Shown here: positions 11,264 to 22,259 of the stretch, piece by piece
Numbering within the stretch: position 1 is the first letter of the stretch
Layout: every line of letters starts with the position of its first letter
From: Negaprion brevirostris
Taxonomy: Eukaryota
NCBI GenBank assembly: GCA_030324005.1
Contig: JARDVH010000132.1
Coordinates: 50,303,971 to 50,366,914, forward strand
DNA length: 62,944 nt
Direction: 5' to 3'
Position numbers and translations under genes: made by a program
The notes under the pieces: generated by a model
Told to the model about the DNA's origin: nothing
The model's input: the letters and a program-made list of their open reading frames with translations, nothing else
Databases searched by the model: none

Positions 11264-12419
11264 CCATGGCAGAGAAGACACATAGATTTTGTGGGATCGA
11301 TCTAAGGATACATGTTTCCTGCCCTGGTTGACACGCATTCAAAATGGCCTGAAGCTATGATGATGAAATCTGTCACAACAGAGGACTCATAGAGAAATTA
11401 GGTGAGTTATTCACAGAACTTGAAAGGCTTGAAGTTAAGACTCCACAAAGTCAGTGATAATGGAACACAGTTTACATCTAAGAAATTTGTAGATTACCTT
11501 AAATACAGCAGCACATAAGAACTGCATCATATCATCCGTCCACTAATGGATTAACGGAGACGCTTATACAGCCACTGAAGCATGCCATTAAAAGTGTCAA
11601 TAGACGAAGCTTCATTATCCAAGAGAGTAAACAGCTTTGCACTGCTCGTGTGACAACAGGAAATTTGCCAACAGTGTTGTTCTTGAGAAGGAATCAAATT
11701 CGATTTACTCATGCCGCCTCATTCTACAATACAAGAACAACAACAACAAGTGCAAGTTACTCACCGTCAATAAAAGAGTATTAATCAAGGCGAAAGAGTT
11801 TTGGCAAGAAACTACTCTGCAAATGAGAAATGGATACCTGCAACCATTCCAGCTAAACAGTTCTGGTTTCTTATACCGTACAAATTGATGACGAGAGAAT
11901 TTGAAGGAGACACAAGGATCCAATTCTTGCTTTAAAGAGTGAACTAGCAGAGTCTGTATCAGAAAGGCTAACATCAGACACCCAAGGTTGTGAAATTCCT
12001 GAACCAAGGGTTACTTTAGAACTGAGCTCTGATTTTATTCCAGTAGAAAAGCCACATTTATGGAAGCTGAAAAGGAAGCAACTTCATAAGATGAAGTACC
12101 TGATATTAGTGAAGAACAGATTACTGAGAATATTGAAGATAAGATTCCAGAAAGTTGTATCTTACCAGAACAAAATTGACAACTACTGAAGTCTCTCGTA
12201 TTAACTGTACATAGGTTACATTGCCAAGTATTATAAACATATGTTCATAGTGGATAAGTGTTAATGTTCAAAATTTGTCATGTTACTGAGGTAAAGGGGG
12301 TTCAGTTGGTCATGTGATGCGCAGTGACGTCATCTGAGGCATTTACGGGTTTTTCTCTCTCTTCATTTACTTTTTTTGCTAACAGCTTTATTATTTGTAC
12401 TTTATGAAGCACCTTTTAA

Positions 12420-12960
12420 AAGCTTCTAATATCAACTACATAACCCTCATCCACACTCTGATACCTCATCAAAAACCTCAGTCAAGTTACTCAAACATGA
12501 TTTGTCCATAACAGATGCGTGCTGACTTTATTTCTTAACCCATGATTTCATAAATGCAAAGTAATTTTGTCCTCATATTATAGTCTCTGGAACATTTTCC
12601 CACCACCAGTGTTGACTATTTGGTCTGTGATTGCTGCTCCCTCCCCCCTACCCTTTTTAAGCAGGTGCGTAACATTTGTAGTTCTCTGACAAGACTTTGT
12701 TATCTGAGGAGGAAATTTGCAATCAGAGCCTCTGCAAAACCCACCCAACTTTCTTTAGTAACCTGATGTGCATCCCATCCAGTCTGGGTAATTTTTCTAC
12801 TTTGAGGACAGTCAACCCTTTAAGCACTTCCTCTTTATTCTTAACTAATATTAATTGTTGTTGTCACTTCCTTTACTGCAAAACTGGAAACATCCCTTTT
12901 CATGTGAAGACAGATGCAAAATAATCAGCAATGCCTTTGATTTCTCAAGAAAATCTTCTC
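12420..12960 (-). mobile_element. Decayed CR1-type LINE fragment
   Basis: ctcatcaaaaacctcagtcaagttactcaaacatgatttg, gtgcatcccatccagtctggg and gtgaagacagatgcaaaata resemble the minus-strand CR1 at 60100-61590. Confidence 0.55.
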
Positions 12961-13538
12961 AGCCATAACATCTTGTCCCCTTTTATTTTCTTTAACAATT
13001 AATATTTTGAGATTTTTGAGCTTTCTTCTATATTTACTGTTAATCTATTCTCATGCTGCTTTACCCCTGACTCTTATTCCTTATTTTTAGCCCTCATCTG
13101 TGCCATTTACATTTGACATTGTTTTCCATTATGAATTTTATAATCACCGCCTGTGTCTTTTGTTCTGTCTCATTTTAGCCTCTATGTGTTATCCAGGAAG
13201 CTTTAGATTTGTATGCCCTATATGTAAACCAGCTCATCTTCGAACGCCATGTAGCTTTGACTGATTATTTAATCTGATTATCATGACTATTCTCATAGCA
13301 ATCCTATCCTGCAACAAATCTGACTCACCTGTCATCATTGTCTTCAACAACCCTTTAGATTCTCTAGAATCTTACATCATCTCTGTAATCTCCTCTAGAC
13401 TTAAAACATTCTCATCCCAAATTCTCCATTCCTCCTGCCCCACTTCCCCTTCCATTCCACCATTGGTGGTCTTCGGCTCCTAGGTCCCGCTCTATGGAAT
13501 CCCATTTGGATAACTTCTGTGCACGCTCTTCCTCTCTT

Positions 13539-13757
13539 TGTAAAGATGCTTATTCACCAGTTTGGGGAAAACACAACTTGTTTATTTACAGGTTAACACT
13601 ATACTAAGGCTTTCAGCCTCGTGGCAATAATCAGCTCCTGAGATGACTGAGTCTAGAAACCAACGTTTACCAACGTGATCCCCATTCTGCTCTCTGGGTC
13701 TCCTGGGTCATTTGACCCTTACTACACAGATTAATCCTTAAAGGGACAATTACCACA
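13539..13757 (-). mobile_element. Solo LTR (219 bp) with 5-bp TSD CTCTT
   Basis: TGT...ACA termini. CTCTT at 13534-13538 and 13758-13762. AATAAA on the minus strand (~13582). Confidence 0.8.
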
Positions 13758-13969
13758 CTCTTGTAACTCCTGCTTTAACACCTACCTTTGGCCAAGCTTT
13801 TGGTCACCTCCTTTATCTCTGGTGCCCATTCCACAACTCTTGCCATTCTGTTGTAAAGGTAGAACAGAAAAACCTACATTTAAAACAGGTTTTCCCAGCC
13901 TCAGCACATCCCAAAGTGCTTTACAACTAATGAAGTTTTTTTTAATAAACTGCTATTAAAGAAAATAAG

Positions 13970-14342
13970 AAAGGAAATCTTGAATATATATAGTGCTCTT
14001 CACAGCCACCAAACTTCTGAAAGTGCTTCACAGCAATTGGAGTACTTTTTAAGTTCTTGCTCTAATATAGAAAATGTAGCAGCCACTTTGCACACAGCAA
14101 GTTGTAACAAACAACAATATAATAATGAATGGATAATCTTTTTTTCCTTGTGATGTTGATTGAGAGATAAATATTGGCCAGGACACCAGGGATAATTTCC
14201 CTGCTGCTCTTCAAAATAATGTCATTGGATGTCTTGCATCCAGCTGAGGGCAGATAGTTTATCTCCAACAGTGCAGTGCAGTGCTCTACCTTTAATACTT
14301 TTGATTGTTGGCCTGGATTTTGTCCACAAGCCCTGAGTGGTA
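13970..14342 (-). mobile_element. Deu-domain SINE (SacSINE1-like), old
   Basis: tgatgttgattgagagataaatattggccaggacaccagggataa...ctgctcttcaaaataatgtcattgg matches the recalled DeuSINE core. L2-like tail (aaagtgcttcaca). Confidence 0.65.
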
Positions 14343-14421
14343 CATGATTACTTTTTTTTTTAAGAGTATACATCCATATAATGAAACAGGGTTAGGATAC
14401 AGGTTGGTTAATTTGTGTAGT

Positions 14422-14702
14422 TAAAGTTTATTTATTAGTCACAAGTAAGATTTTCGTTAACACTGCAATGAAGTTACTATGAAACTCCCATAGTTTCCAC
14501 AATCCGGTGCCTGTTTGGGTAAACGCACCTAACCGGCACATCTTTCAGATTGTGGGAGGAAACCAGAGCACCCGGAGGAAACCCATGCAGACACAGGGAG
14601 AATGTGCAAATTCCACACAGACAGAGACCCAAGCCGGGAATCAAACCCGGGTTCCAGGCGCTGTGAAAAAGCAGTGCTACCCACTATGCTACCATGCCGC
14701 CC
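14422..14702 (-). mobile_element. V-SINE with alternative (Rex-type) tail
   Basis: Reverse complement of the 37301 copy, from taaagtttatttattagtcacaagt to accatgccgccc. Confidence 0.85.
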
Positions 14703-15769
14703 TAGTTCTAATTTTGCATTCAGTGATTGATTATGGATCTGCTTACTCTTTGCTGTAAATGTTATCCTGACCTCTATTTTAGATCGCAACGTTATGCTTG
14801 TAATATGTTACAAGTTCCACGCAGAAAGTATTTGCAGATTAGGAGCCGATCCCATGTGTTCAAGTGGTAAAATGTTATTACGGTGGCAGTGACCATGACT
14901 TCTGTACTTCATATACATTTAAATCTCTTTTTTTGGAATTTTACTGAATGAAATGAAGATCCAAAAGCTAAAAGTGTTATGTTTTATGGTTCCCAGAAGT
15001 TCAAAATAGTTATACTTTAAAATTCAAAGGCTAGAACTTCTTCATCAAATATATTTCTCAAATCATACTATGAGCTGCAGACTAATACATTTAGTTCAAT
15101 ATACAGATTGTAGTACAGAAGTGAGTAATGTGACACTTTGGATAGTTATGGATACATACAGAAGACTACAGTTCCTAAATCAGATTAGAATAATATAACA
15201 TCCATCTTTCTTGAAAAAAAACCTCAATGGTATAATGGTTCAAGTTATTTTCATATATTATGTCCAAACTAAAAATTAACAAACAACTTTTATAATTAAC
15301 TTGAACACCTTAAGAATCTTTTATAACCTGTTTTCTCAAAAAAACATTCACAGTATTATTTAGGTGGTGGAATTTGATTGTCATTGCTCTCAGTGATGAA
15401 TTGGCATGCTACACAAGCAAAGTGTGTGTTTCTCTTCTTGTTGATACTTTTCACTATATACAAATACATGTGACAATAAATCAAATCAGGTATGGCATCA
15501 TTTGCTGGTGAAGTCACATCGCTTATTGGTGATGCTGCTGATGTCTTGTGATGTTCCTGGTGTTGCTGATTACCTTTTTGCCTTTCCAGCTTAGGTGTAC
15601 GTCAGATATGGATTTTGTTCCTTCTCATTTGCTTACTGATTCAGTCTTGATGATGTGTGGTCATGGAGCCTCAGCTCCACCACTAACTTTTGCTGGACTC
15701 CAAGTTTTCATGATTGGATCCTGTGTACAGTTTGTCCTCTTAAAAACTCATGCAAGGATTTGGCATGCT

Positions 15770-15960
15770 TGCTGATATTTTTCTACACCCTATCTATGAT
15801 TGCAACACTATATTCTGCACCGTCTCATTTCCTTCTCCCCTATGTACTGTATGAATGATATGTTTTGTCTGTATAGTGCGCAAGAAACAGTACTTTTCAC
15901 TGTTGTCACTGTATTGTCACTGTACCCCACACATGTGACAATAATAAATCAAATCAAAAT
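15770..15960 (+). mobile_element. Rex1/Babar LINE 3' UTR fragment (a smaller one lies at ~15445-15490)
   Basis: Reverse complement of the 7197-7330 end. Tail catgtgacaataataaatcaaatcaaa. Confidence 0.75.
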
Positions 15961-16324
15961 GTTGACCTCTTTCTTTCGCTGCATCAGTGAGCTGTTGTCT
16001 TACTTCCTCCCAGCCAAATGAAGAATACACCTTGCCTGTCATTAAGTAGCTGTGCAGGCGATTTCATGTCAGCCATGAGAGGTGTAGCGCAGAACGACAA
16101 TAAATCAAGGTTGGGTCGTCCTCTTGGCATTTTGTGAATTAGATCCCTTTATCATATATTGCTCTTCCAGGGAGCTCTTGTTTAGCAAACAGAACTTATA
16201 CTTCTGAGATGATTGTTGTAGTTCTCAAATTTTTCACCTGTCTGATTAAAAAGAAACTTGTGAAATGGTCTGCTATGATGAGGTGCCATCCTTGGTTGTG
16301 TGATAAATTGGCTCCCACATTACA

Positions 16325-17208
16325 AAGTAAAAAGTCTCACAACACTCGGTTAAAGTCCAACCAGTTTATTTGATAGTAATCCCACAAGCTTTCGGAAACA
16401 CTGTTCCTTCGTCAGGTGCGTGGAAGGTTCTGATCAGAGAAGGGCATATAGAGGCACACACAGTTTACAGNNNNNNNNNNNNNNNNNNNNNNNNNNNNNN
16501 NNNNNNNNNNNNNNNNNNNNNNNNNNNNNNNNNNNNNNNNNNNNNNNNNNNNNNNNNNNNNNNNNNNNNNNNNNNNNNNNNNNNNNNNNNNNNNNNNNNN
16601 NNNNNNNNNNNNNNNNNNNNNNNNNNNNNNNNNNNNNNNNNNNNNNNNNNNNNNNNNNNNNNNNNNNNNNNNNNNNNNNNNNNNNNNNNNNNNNNNNNNN
16701 NNNNNNNNNNNNNNNNNNNNNNNNNNNNNNNNNNNNNNNNNNNNNNNNNNNNNNNNNNNNNNNNNNNNNNNNNNNNNNNNNNNNNNNNNNNNNNNNNNNN
16801 NNNNNNNNNNNNNNNNNNNNNNNNNNNNNNNNNNNNNNNNNNNNNNNNNNNNNNNNNNNNNNNNNNNNNNNNNNNNNNNNNNNNNNNNNNNNNNNNNNNN
16901 NNNNNNNNNNNNNNNNNNNNNNNNNNNNNNNNNNNNNNNNNNNNNNNNNNNNNNNNNNNNNNNNNNNNNNNNNNNNNNNNNNNNNNNNNNNNNNNNNNNN
17001 NNNNNNNNNNNNNNNNNNNNNNNNNNNNNNNNNNNNNNNNNNNNNNNNNNNNNNNNNNNNNNNNNNNNNNNNNNNNNNNNNNNNNNNNNNNNNNNNNNNN
17101 NNNNNNNNNNNNNNNNNNNNNNNGTGGAAGGTTCTGATCAGAGAAGGGCATATAGAGGCACACACAGTTTACAGAATACTGATTAGAATGCAAGTCTTTA
17201 CAGCTAAT
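16325..17208 (-). mobile_element. Penelope-like element terminal fragment (spans a gap), carries a hammerhead motif
   Basis: Homologous to 11149-11263. Contains a CUGANGA...GAAA core on the minus strand and a downstream AATAAA (plus strand tttatt ~16365). Confidence 0.72.
16383..16418 (-). ncRNA. Minimal type I hammerhead ribozyme motif (Penelope-associated)
   Basis: Minus strand reads CAC CUGACGA A GGAAC AGU GUUUCC GAAA GCUU GUG: core intact, stem II GGAA/UUCC, palindromic stem III AAGCUU, 3-bp stem I CAC/GUG. Activity not demonstrated. Confidence 0.65.
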
Positions 17209-19149
17209 CTGCTATACTTTAAACTGCTCACGAATTCTGGACTGAGGCCCCATTTTTCCCAGCACTCCAGAGTCCAGGTTTGTTCAAGCAGAGGCTGGCT
17301 TCTCCAGAATCCATCCACTGATTAGACAAGCAGCTCTTGTGCTTTTCAAATTTTGCAAATGTGTCCGTCTTGCTACAAGCCCCTGGGAGGTTTCCACAGA
17401 CCCCAGTTTGAGAACCCATACTTTATGATGTTGTGAGCTTGATTTGTACTGCAAGGGGTGCAGAGTGTTAAATGAACTGATCTACCAGTATTTCATACAT
17501 TTCTTTGCCAAATAAAACTAACATGTAAATTCAATTTCATTGAGAAATTAAGATCACCAAGCTCACCTAGTTCCTGCCTGAGGCTTTGAAATTCATATCA
17601 GTGGATCCAATAATTTTACTTTGGCTGGAAATTTTGTCTGGATTTTAACTGTAATTTTTATCAATGTCCCAGCTATTAAATATTTGGCCTTTCTTTCCTG
17701 CCTATGCAGAAGGTGTTGTTATCCCTTTCCTTCACTCATGCCTTTTAGAAATCTGCTAAATATCAGTGCATTTTTGTTTAAACTTCTCAAATGCCACTTA
17801 AACATTATCAGCCTCCCAATTCACCCTGAGTTAGAGCTGCATGGTCATTGTTGTGATAGCAACCATTTTGTATTTGCAACGTCCATTCAGCTTTTTCTGT
17901 TTCTTTGGCACTAATTTAGGTTGATTTTTCTCAATCCAATTCCACATTCAATTCTTCTATATTACTCCCAGCTGCTACCATGTTATCACACTTTTAAACT
18001 CAAATGCTGGAGTCTCATCAAGTGTATTTCTCAGGTCACACCATATTCAGTGAGTGGACTGAAGCATTGTCAGTTTAATACACAGACTGTGTGGTACATT
18101 AGTAAGTGATGTGGCACTCTGGCACTTGGATATACATATGCTAAATTAGATTGGCATAATATAATATGCAGAGCTACAATTATTGATCTGGTTGCTGACT
18201 TGACTATAAATCTCAATTGTTGAGCCATTTTGTTTCTTTCCTGATTGAATGAAATTTATTATGAGAGCAAGTTTCTACTTTTTTTTCCTTTTTCTGAATT
18301 CCTACCTAAACATGTACTGGTGACCTACACCAAGTTTTTACCTTACTTGCCCTCTATTGTCTGCTCCAATTTTGAATTGATGCTCCTCCTTGAAGGATGT
18401 GAAGTGTCACTTGTTATCACTTTACTAGGCTATGGGAACTTGGGATCAAGAAACTCTACAGCTGAATGTCAGAGTTTATATACTGTAGCTTGAAGTGCAT
18501 AATCATAATCACAAATTTAGAACTCAGTATAATGTTTGAAGAGTTCTAAACCAATTTGTAGAAGTGAAAACCAATGGTCATTCTTCAACAATGGAGTTAA
18601 TTGTGCTGTAGAGAATGAATGTGGCAATAAATATTTAACAGAAGATATTTGTGCTCTTTTATTGCAATTTCTGCATGGCAATGTTTTGGAGTGTATGGAA
18701 ACTTCTATGGCAGCAGAACAGTAATCCACTGTCTATTGCAGGCTGTGCATGTGAAGATAGTATTGTAGTCAAGCCAGGCTATAAAACTTAATTCAATTAC
18801 CATTATTATTTTGGAATGCTTTTGTTCAGGTAAACTGGATAAATGTGAAATTAAGTAGTCTTAATAAAATTGGGAATAAGAATATCTTGTACTTATGAAA
18901 TCAGTATTTTAATATACTAATGAGTTGAAATGCAAAAGAATGAAGGCAGATGTTGATAAACAATCACAAATGTTTACTGAACTCTTGCAGAATTTCATAT
19001 GAAAACAGACAAATTTCAACTGGCGTTAATAAGAAAAAAAAGCTTGCATTATTCATGCACCTTTCATGATCTCAAGGTGTCCACAGTGCTTCACTGTACT
19101 GAACTATTTTTAAGTTGTATGCATTGTTGTAAGAACAATGAGCAACTAT

Positions 19150-19510
19150 CAATTATTTTTGTATTCATTCTTTGGGTGTGGACATCGTTGGCGCAGCCAG
19201 CATTTATTCCCTTTGAACTGAGTGTCATGCTAAGCCATTTCAGAGAGCATTTTAAAAGTCAACCACTTTACTGTGGTTCTGAAGTCACATGTCGGCCAGA
19301 CCAGGTGAGGATGGCAGATTTTCTTCCTTAAAGGACTTGGTTTTATGACAATCAATAATGGTTTCATGATTGTCATTAGACTTCTAATTCCAGATTTTCA
19401 CTGAAGTCAAATTTGACCATCTGTCTTGGTGAGATTTGAACTCAGAGCATTGTCCTGGGTCTTTGGATTACTATTCCAGTGATAATGTCACTAAGCCACC
19501 ACTTCCTCAA
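19150..19510 (-). mobile_element. Second SINE family (tRNA-derived head, LINE-derived tail), old
   Basis: Head on minus strand (ggtggcttagtgacattatcactggaatagtaatcc...gagttcaaatctcacc). Its tail (plus strand gtggacatcgttggcgcagccagcatttatt) is complementary to the LINE 3' end at 53163-53245. Confidence 0.6.
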
Positions 19511-19639
19511 TCAGCTGACTAAATGATTGATCAAAGAGAGAGAATCTTAAAGGGGCAGAGAGAAAAGACGGTCAAGAGGTAGAATTCAAGATCTGAGGAT
19601 TAGACAGTTAGAAGAATGGCAACCAATGGAAGATGTACA

Positions 19640-19860
19640 AGACTGTAGGAAACAAGATAGCCCTCACACATATAGCAAGGTCCCAATAACAGCATTTGAA
19701 ATAAATAATCAGGTAATCTGTTCTAGTGTTGTTGGCCAAGACACCCAACAAAATCCCCAGCTAATCTTCCTAATAGAGCCATCTTGAAATTTAATATCTC
19801 ATCTAAAAGGCAGTCATTTTGTCAGTGCACCCCTCTTTAGTACTGCATTGAGGTACCCTC
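19640..19860 (-). mobile_element. Decayed Deu-domain SINE copy
   Basis: gcaaggtcccaataacagc...ttggccaagacacc...cagtgcacccctctttagtactgcattg parallels 13970-14342. Confidence 0.5.
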
Positions 19861-20373
19861 AGTTTCCCCATTATTCATGGCCATTCCTTTTGTTGCCTTG
19901 GCCCCAATTTTGAAATTCCCTCTTACACTTCCTTAGTGCTCTACCTTCTTCCTTTAAGACACTTCTTAAAACCTAACTCTTTGACGAAGCTTTGGTCATC
20001 TGACCTTGCATCTCTTTTTATATTGCTTTGTGTCATACTTTGTTCTATAACACTCCTGTGAAGCACTTTGGGACATTCCATTGTTAAGGACACTATAAAT
20101 ATTTGTTATTCACTTTTGCTTTCTTTGCCAGCTTTCTGAGCTCCATCTGACAAACCTAAACTCCAGAACTTTACTTTCTGCATCTTAACCCGGGCAAATA
20201 CCTATCCATCAACTCCTCCTTTGCCAGTCTCCATTGTTTCCCCATCTTACAGTATATTAAATTTTTAATATTTTTCCTTTTTTATTTACAAATCTCTTTC
20301 CAGCTGCACATCCACTCCCTATCTGTGCAATTTCCTCCAACCTAAACCTCACTTTGCATCCTCCAGGATTATA

Positions 20374-22259
20374 GGCCAGAATTTTACATTGCCTGGGTGG
20401 GTGTGCACCAAGCTTGGAAGTGTGAAATTACTCAAAATGACACTGGGCACATATTCTGACATCATTCCACACTTGTGCGATATTTCAGTCAGTGGGTACC
20501 TCCAAGAATCGGAAGCTGATAGTCAAGCAGGCAATTTAGCCAATTAAGAGGCCAATTGCAAGCAATTTTACATGGTCATAGCGTTATAATGATTTATAGC
20601 ATGGAAACATGCCCTTCGGCCCAACTTGTCCATGCCATCCTTTTCTTTAAACCCCTAAGCTAGTCCCAGTAGCGCACATTTGGCTCATATCCCTCTGTAC
20701 CCATTTTACCCATGTAACGGCCTAAATGCTATTTAAAAGGCAAAATTGTACCCATCTCTACTACTACCTCTGGCAGCTTGTTCCAGATACTCACCACCCT
20801 CTGTGTGAAAAAAATTGCCTCTCTAGGACCATTTGTATCTCTCCCGTGTCACCTTAAACCTATGCCCTCTAGTTTTAGACTCCCATATCTTTGGGAAATG
20901 ATATTGACTATCTAGCTGATCTAAACCCCTTATTAATTTATAGACCTCTATAAGGTCACCCCTCAGCCTTCTATGTTCCAGAGGAAAATAGTCCAGTCTG
21001 TCCAGCCTCTCATTATAACGCAAACCATCAAGTCCTGGTAGCATCCTAGTAAATCTTTTCTACACTCTTTCCAGCTTAATAATATCCTTTCCATAATAGG
21101 GTGTCCAGAATTACACACAGCATTCCAAGTGTGGCCTTGCCAATGTCTTATACAACTTCTACAAGACATCCCAACTCCTGTACTCGATGTCCTGACCAAT
21201 GAAACCAAGCATGCCGTATACCTTCTTCACCACTCTGTCCACCTGTGACTCCATTTTCAAGGAGCTATGAACCTGTACTGCTAGATCTCTTTGTTCTGTA
21301 ACTCTCCCAAACGCCCGACCGTTAACTGAGTAAGTCCTGCCCTGGTTCAATCTACCAATATGCATCATCTCGCAGTTAACTAAATTGAACTCTATCTGCC
21401 ATTCGTCAGCCCACTGGCCTAATTGATCAAGATCCCATTGTAATCCGAGACAACCTTCTTCACTATCCACTATGCCACCAATTTTGGTGTCATTTGCAAA
21501 CTTACTAACCGTGCCTCCTATATTCACATCCAGATCATTAATATAAATGACAAATAATAGTGGACCCAGCACTGATCCCTGACGCACAGGTCACAGGCCT
21601 CCAATGTGAAAACAACCCTCTACAACCACCCTCTGGCTTCTGTCATCAAGCCAGTTTTGTATCCATTTAGCTACCTCACCTGGATCCCGTGAGATTTAAC
21701 CTTATGCAACAACCAACCATGCAGTGCCTTGTTAAATTCCATGTAGACAACATCAACTGCACTGCCCTCATCTGCCTTCTTGCTTACCCCTTCAAAAAAC
21801 TCAATCAAATTTGTGAGATGTGATTTTCCACTCAGAAAGCCATGCTGACTGGTCTATATACTGGCCGATTGGCCAGCAGTCTTTATGTTTTAGCTGCAAG
21901 CTTGGTTTGGGGCTGGATGAAATATTACAGCTTTAATAAAGGTGGTCTGGGGAGTGAGGTTTGTGCTTGATTGTGCTGCAGCATTTTTCCATCGGAACTT
22001 ACATTATAAAAGTCCTGAGACAACTCCACAGCAGCTGTCCCTGAGCAGGAGCCCATTAGAAGTGCCAGCCCGCACTCTCCTTTGCATCATGTCTGTCTTC
22101 TTCCTGCCTATTTGGCAGCGCTGAGCTCTTCCCTGTGCGCATTTCACACTGACTGCCCATTAATTGACTAGCGACTATGAATTTGCGTCCTGCAGCCAAT
22201 CATGGGAAGAGTATTTTGTACCACTTCTGGGCTTGTCAATTGCATGAAAAATTCAGGCC
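20374..22259. mobile_element. Non-autonomous TIR element (PIF/Harbinger-like MITE) split by a CR1 insertion
   Basis: TIRs ggccagaatttt (20374-20385) and aaaattcaggcc (22248-22259), 11/12 match. 3-bp ATA on both sides. Confidence 0.55.
20576..21855 (-). mobile_element. CR1-clade LINE (HER1-like), 5'-truncated ORF2 RT/3' end
   Basis: ORFs 21159..21587 (QGSVLGPLLFVIYINDLD, KFANDTKIGG) and 20823..21044 (LEHRRLRGDLIEVYK...TRGH), with frameshifts. Confidence 0.9.

Larger units (their letters stand above)
8691..12367 (+). mobile_element. Degenerate Gypsy/Ty3 LTR retrotransposon: RT-RNaseH-integrase remnant with LTR remnants, gag/protease not seen
   Basis: Fragments RTMPYAIKPKVEVEL, SNWATPIFPVIKP, IEDLF, SKIDLSQA; RNaseH IAFAS*TLSSTEQNYA*LEKEAL; zinc finger LHEGHPG...CQSC; integrase LHPWEWP, HIDFVG, SDNGTQFTS, YHPSTNGL. 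PPT-like gtaaaggggg at ~12291-12300. Similar LTR-like blocks at 8691-8741 and 12313-12367. Confidence 0.88.

Noticed and set aside
16420-17174. 51-bp exact direct repeat either side of a gap, which could suggest tandem Penelope repeats
   Set aside because: Both copies abut the gap and are identical, so a scaffold artefact is the simplest explanation. A real tandem cannot be excluded without long reads.
18536-18830. Unique-looking segment with a 62-aa ORF and a downstream cag|gtaaac donor-like site
   Set aside because: No recognisable protein similarity or convincing acceptor and frame link to ANKRD28; an exon cannot be supported without RNA data.
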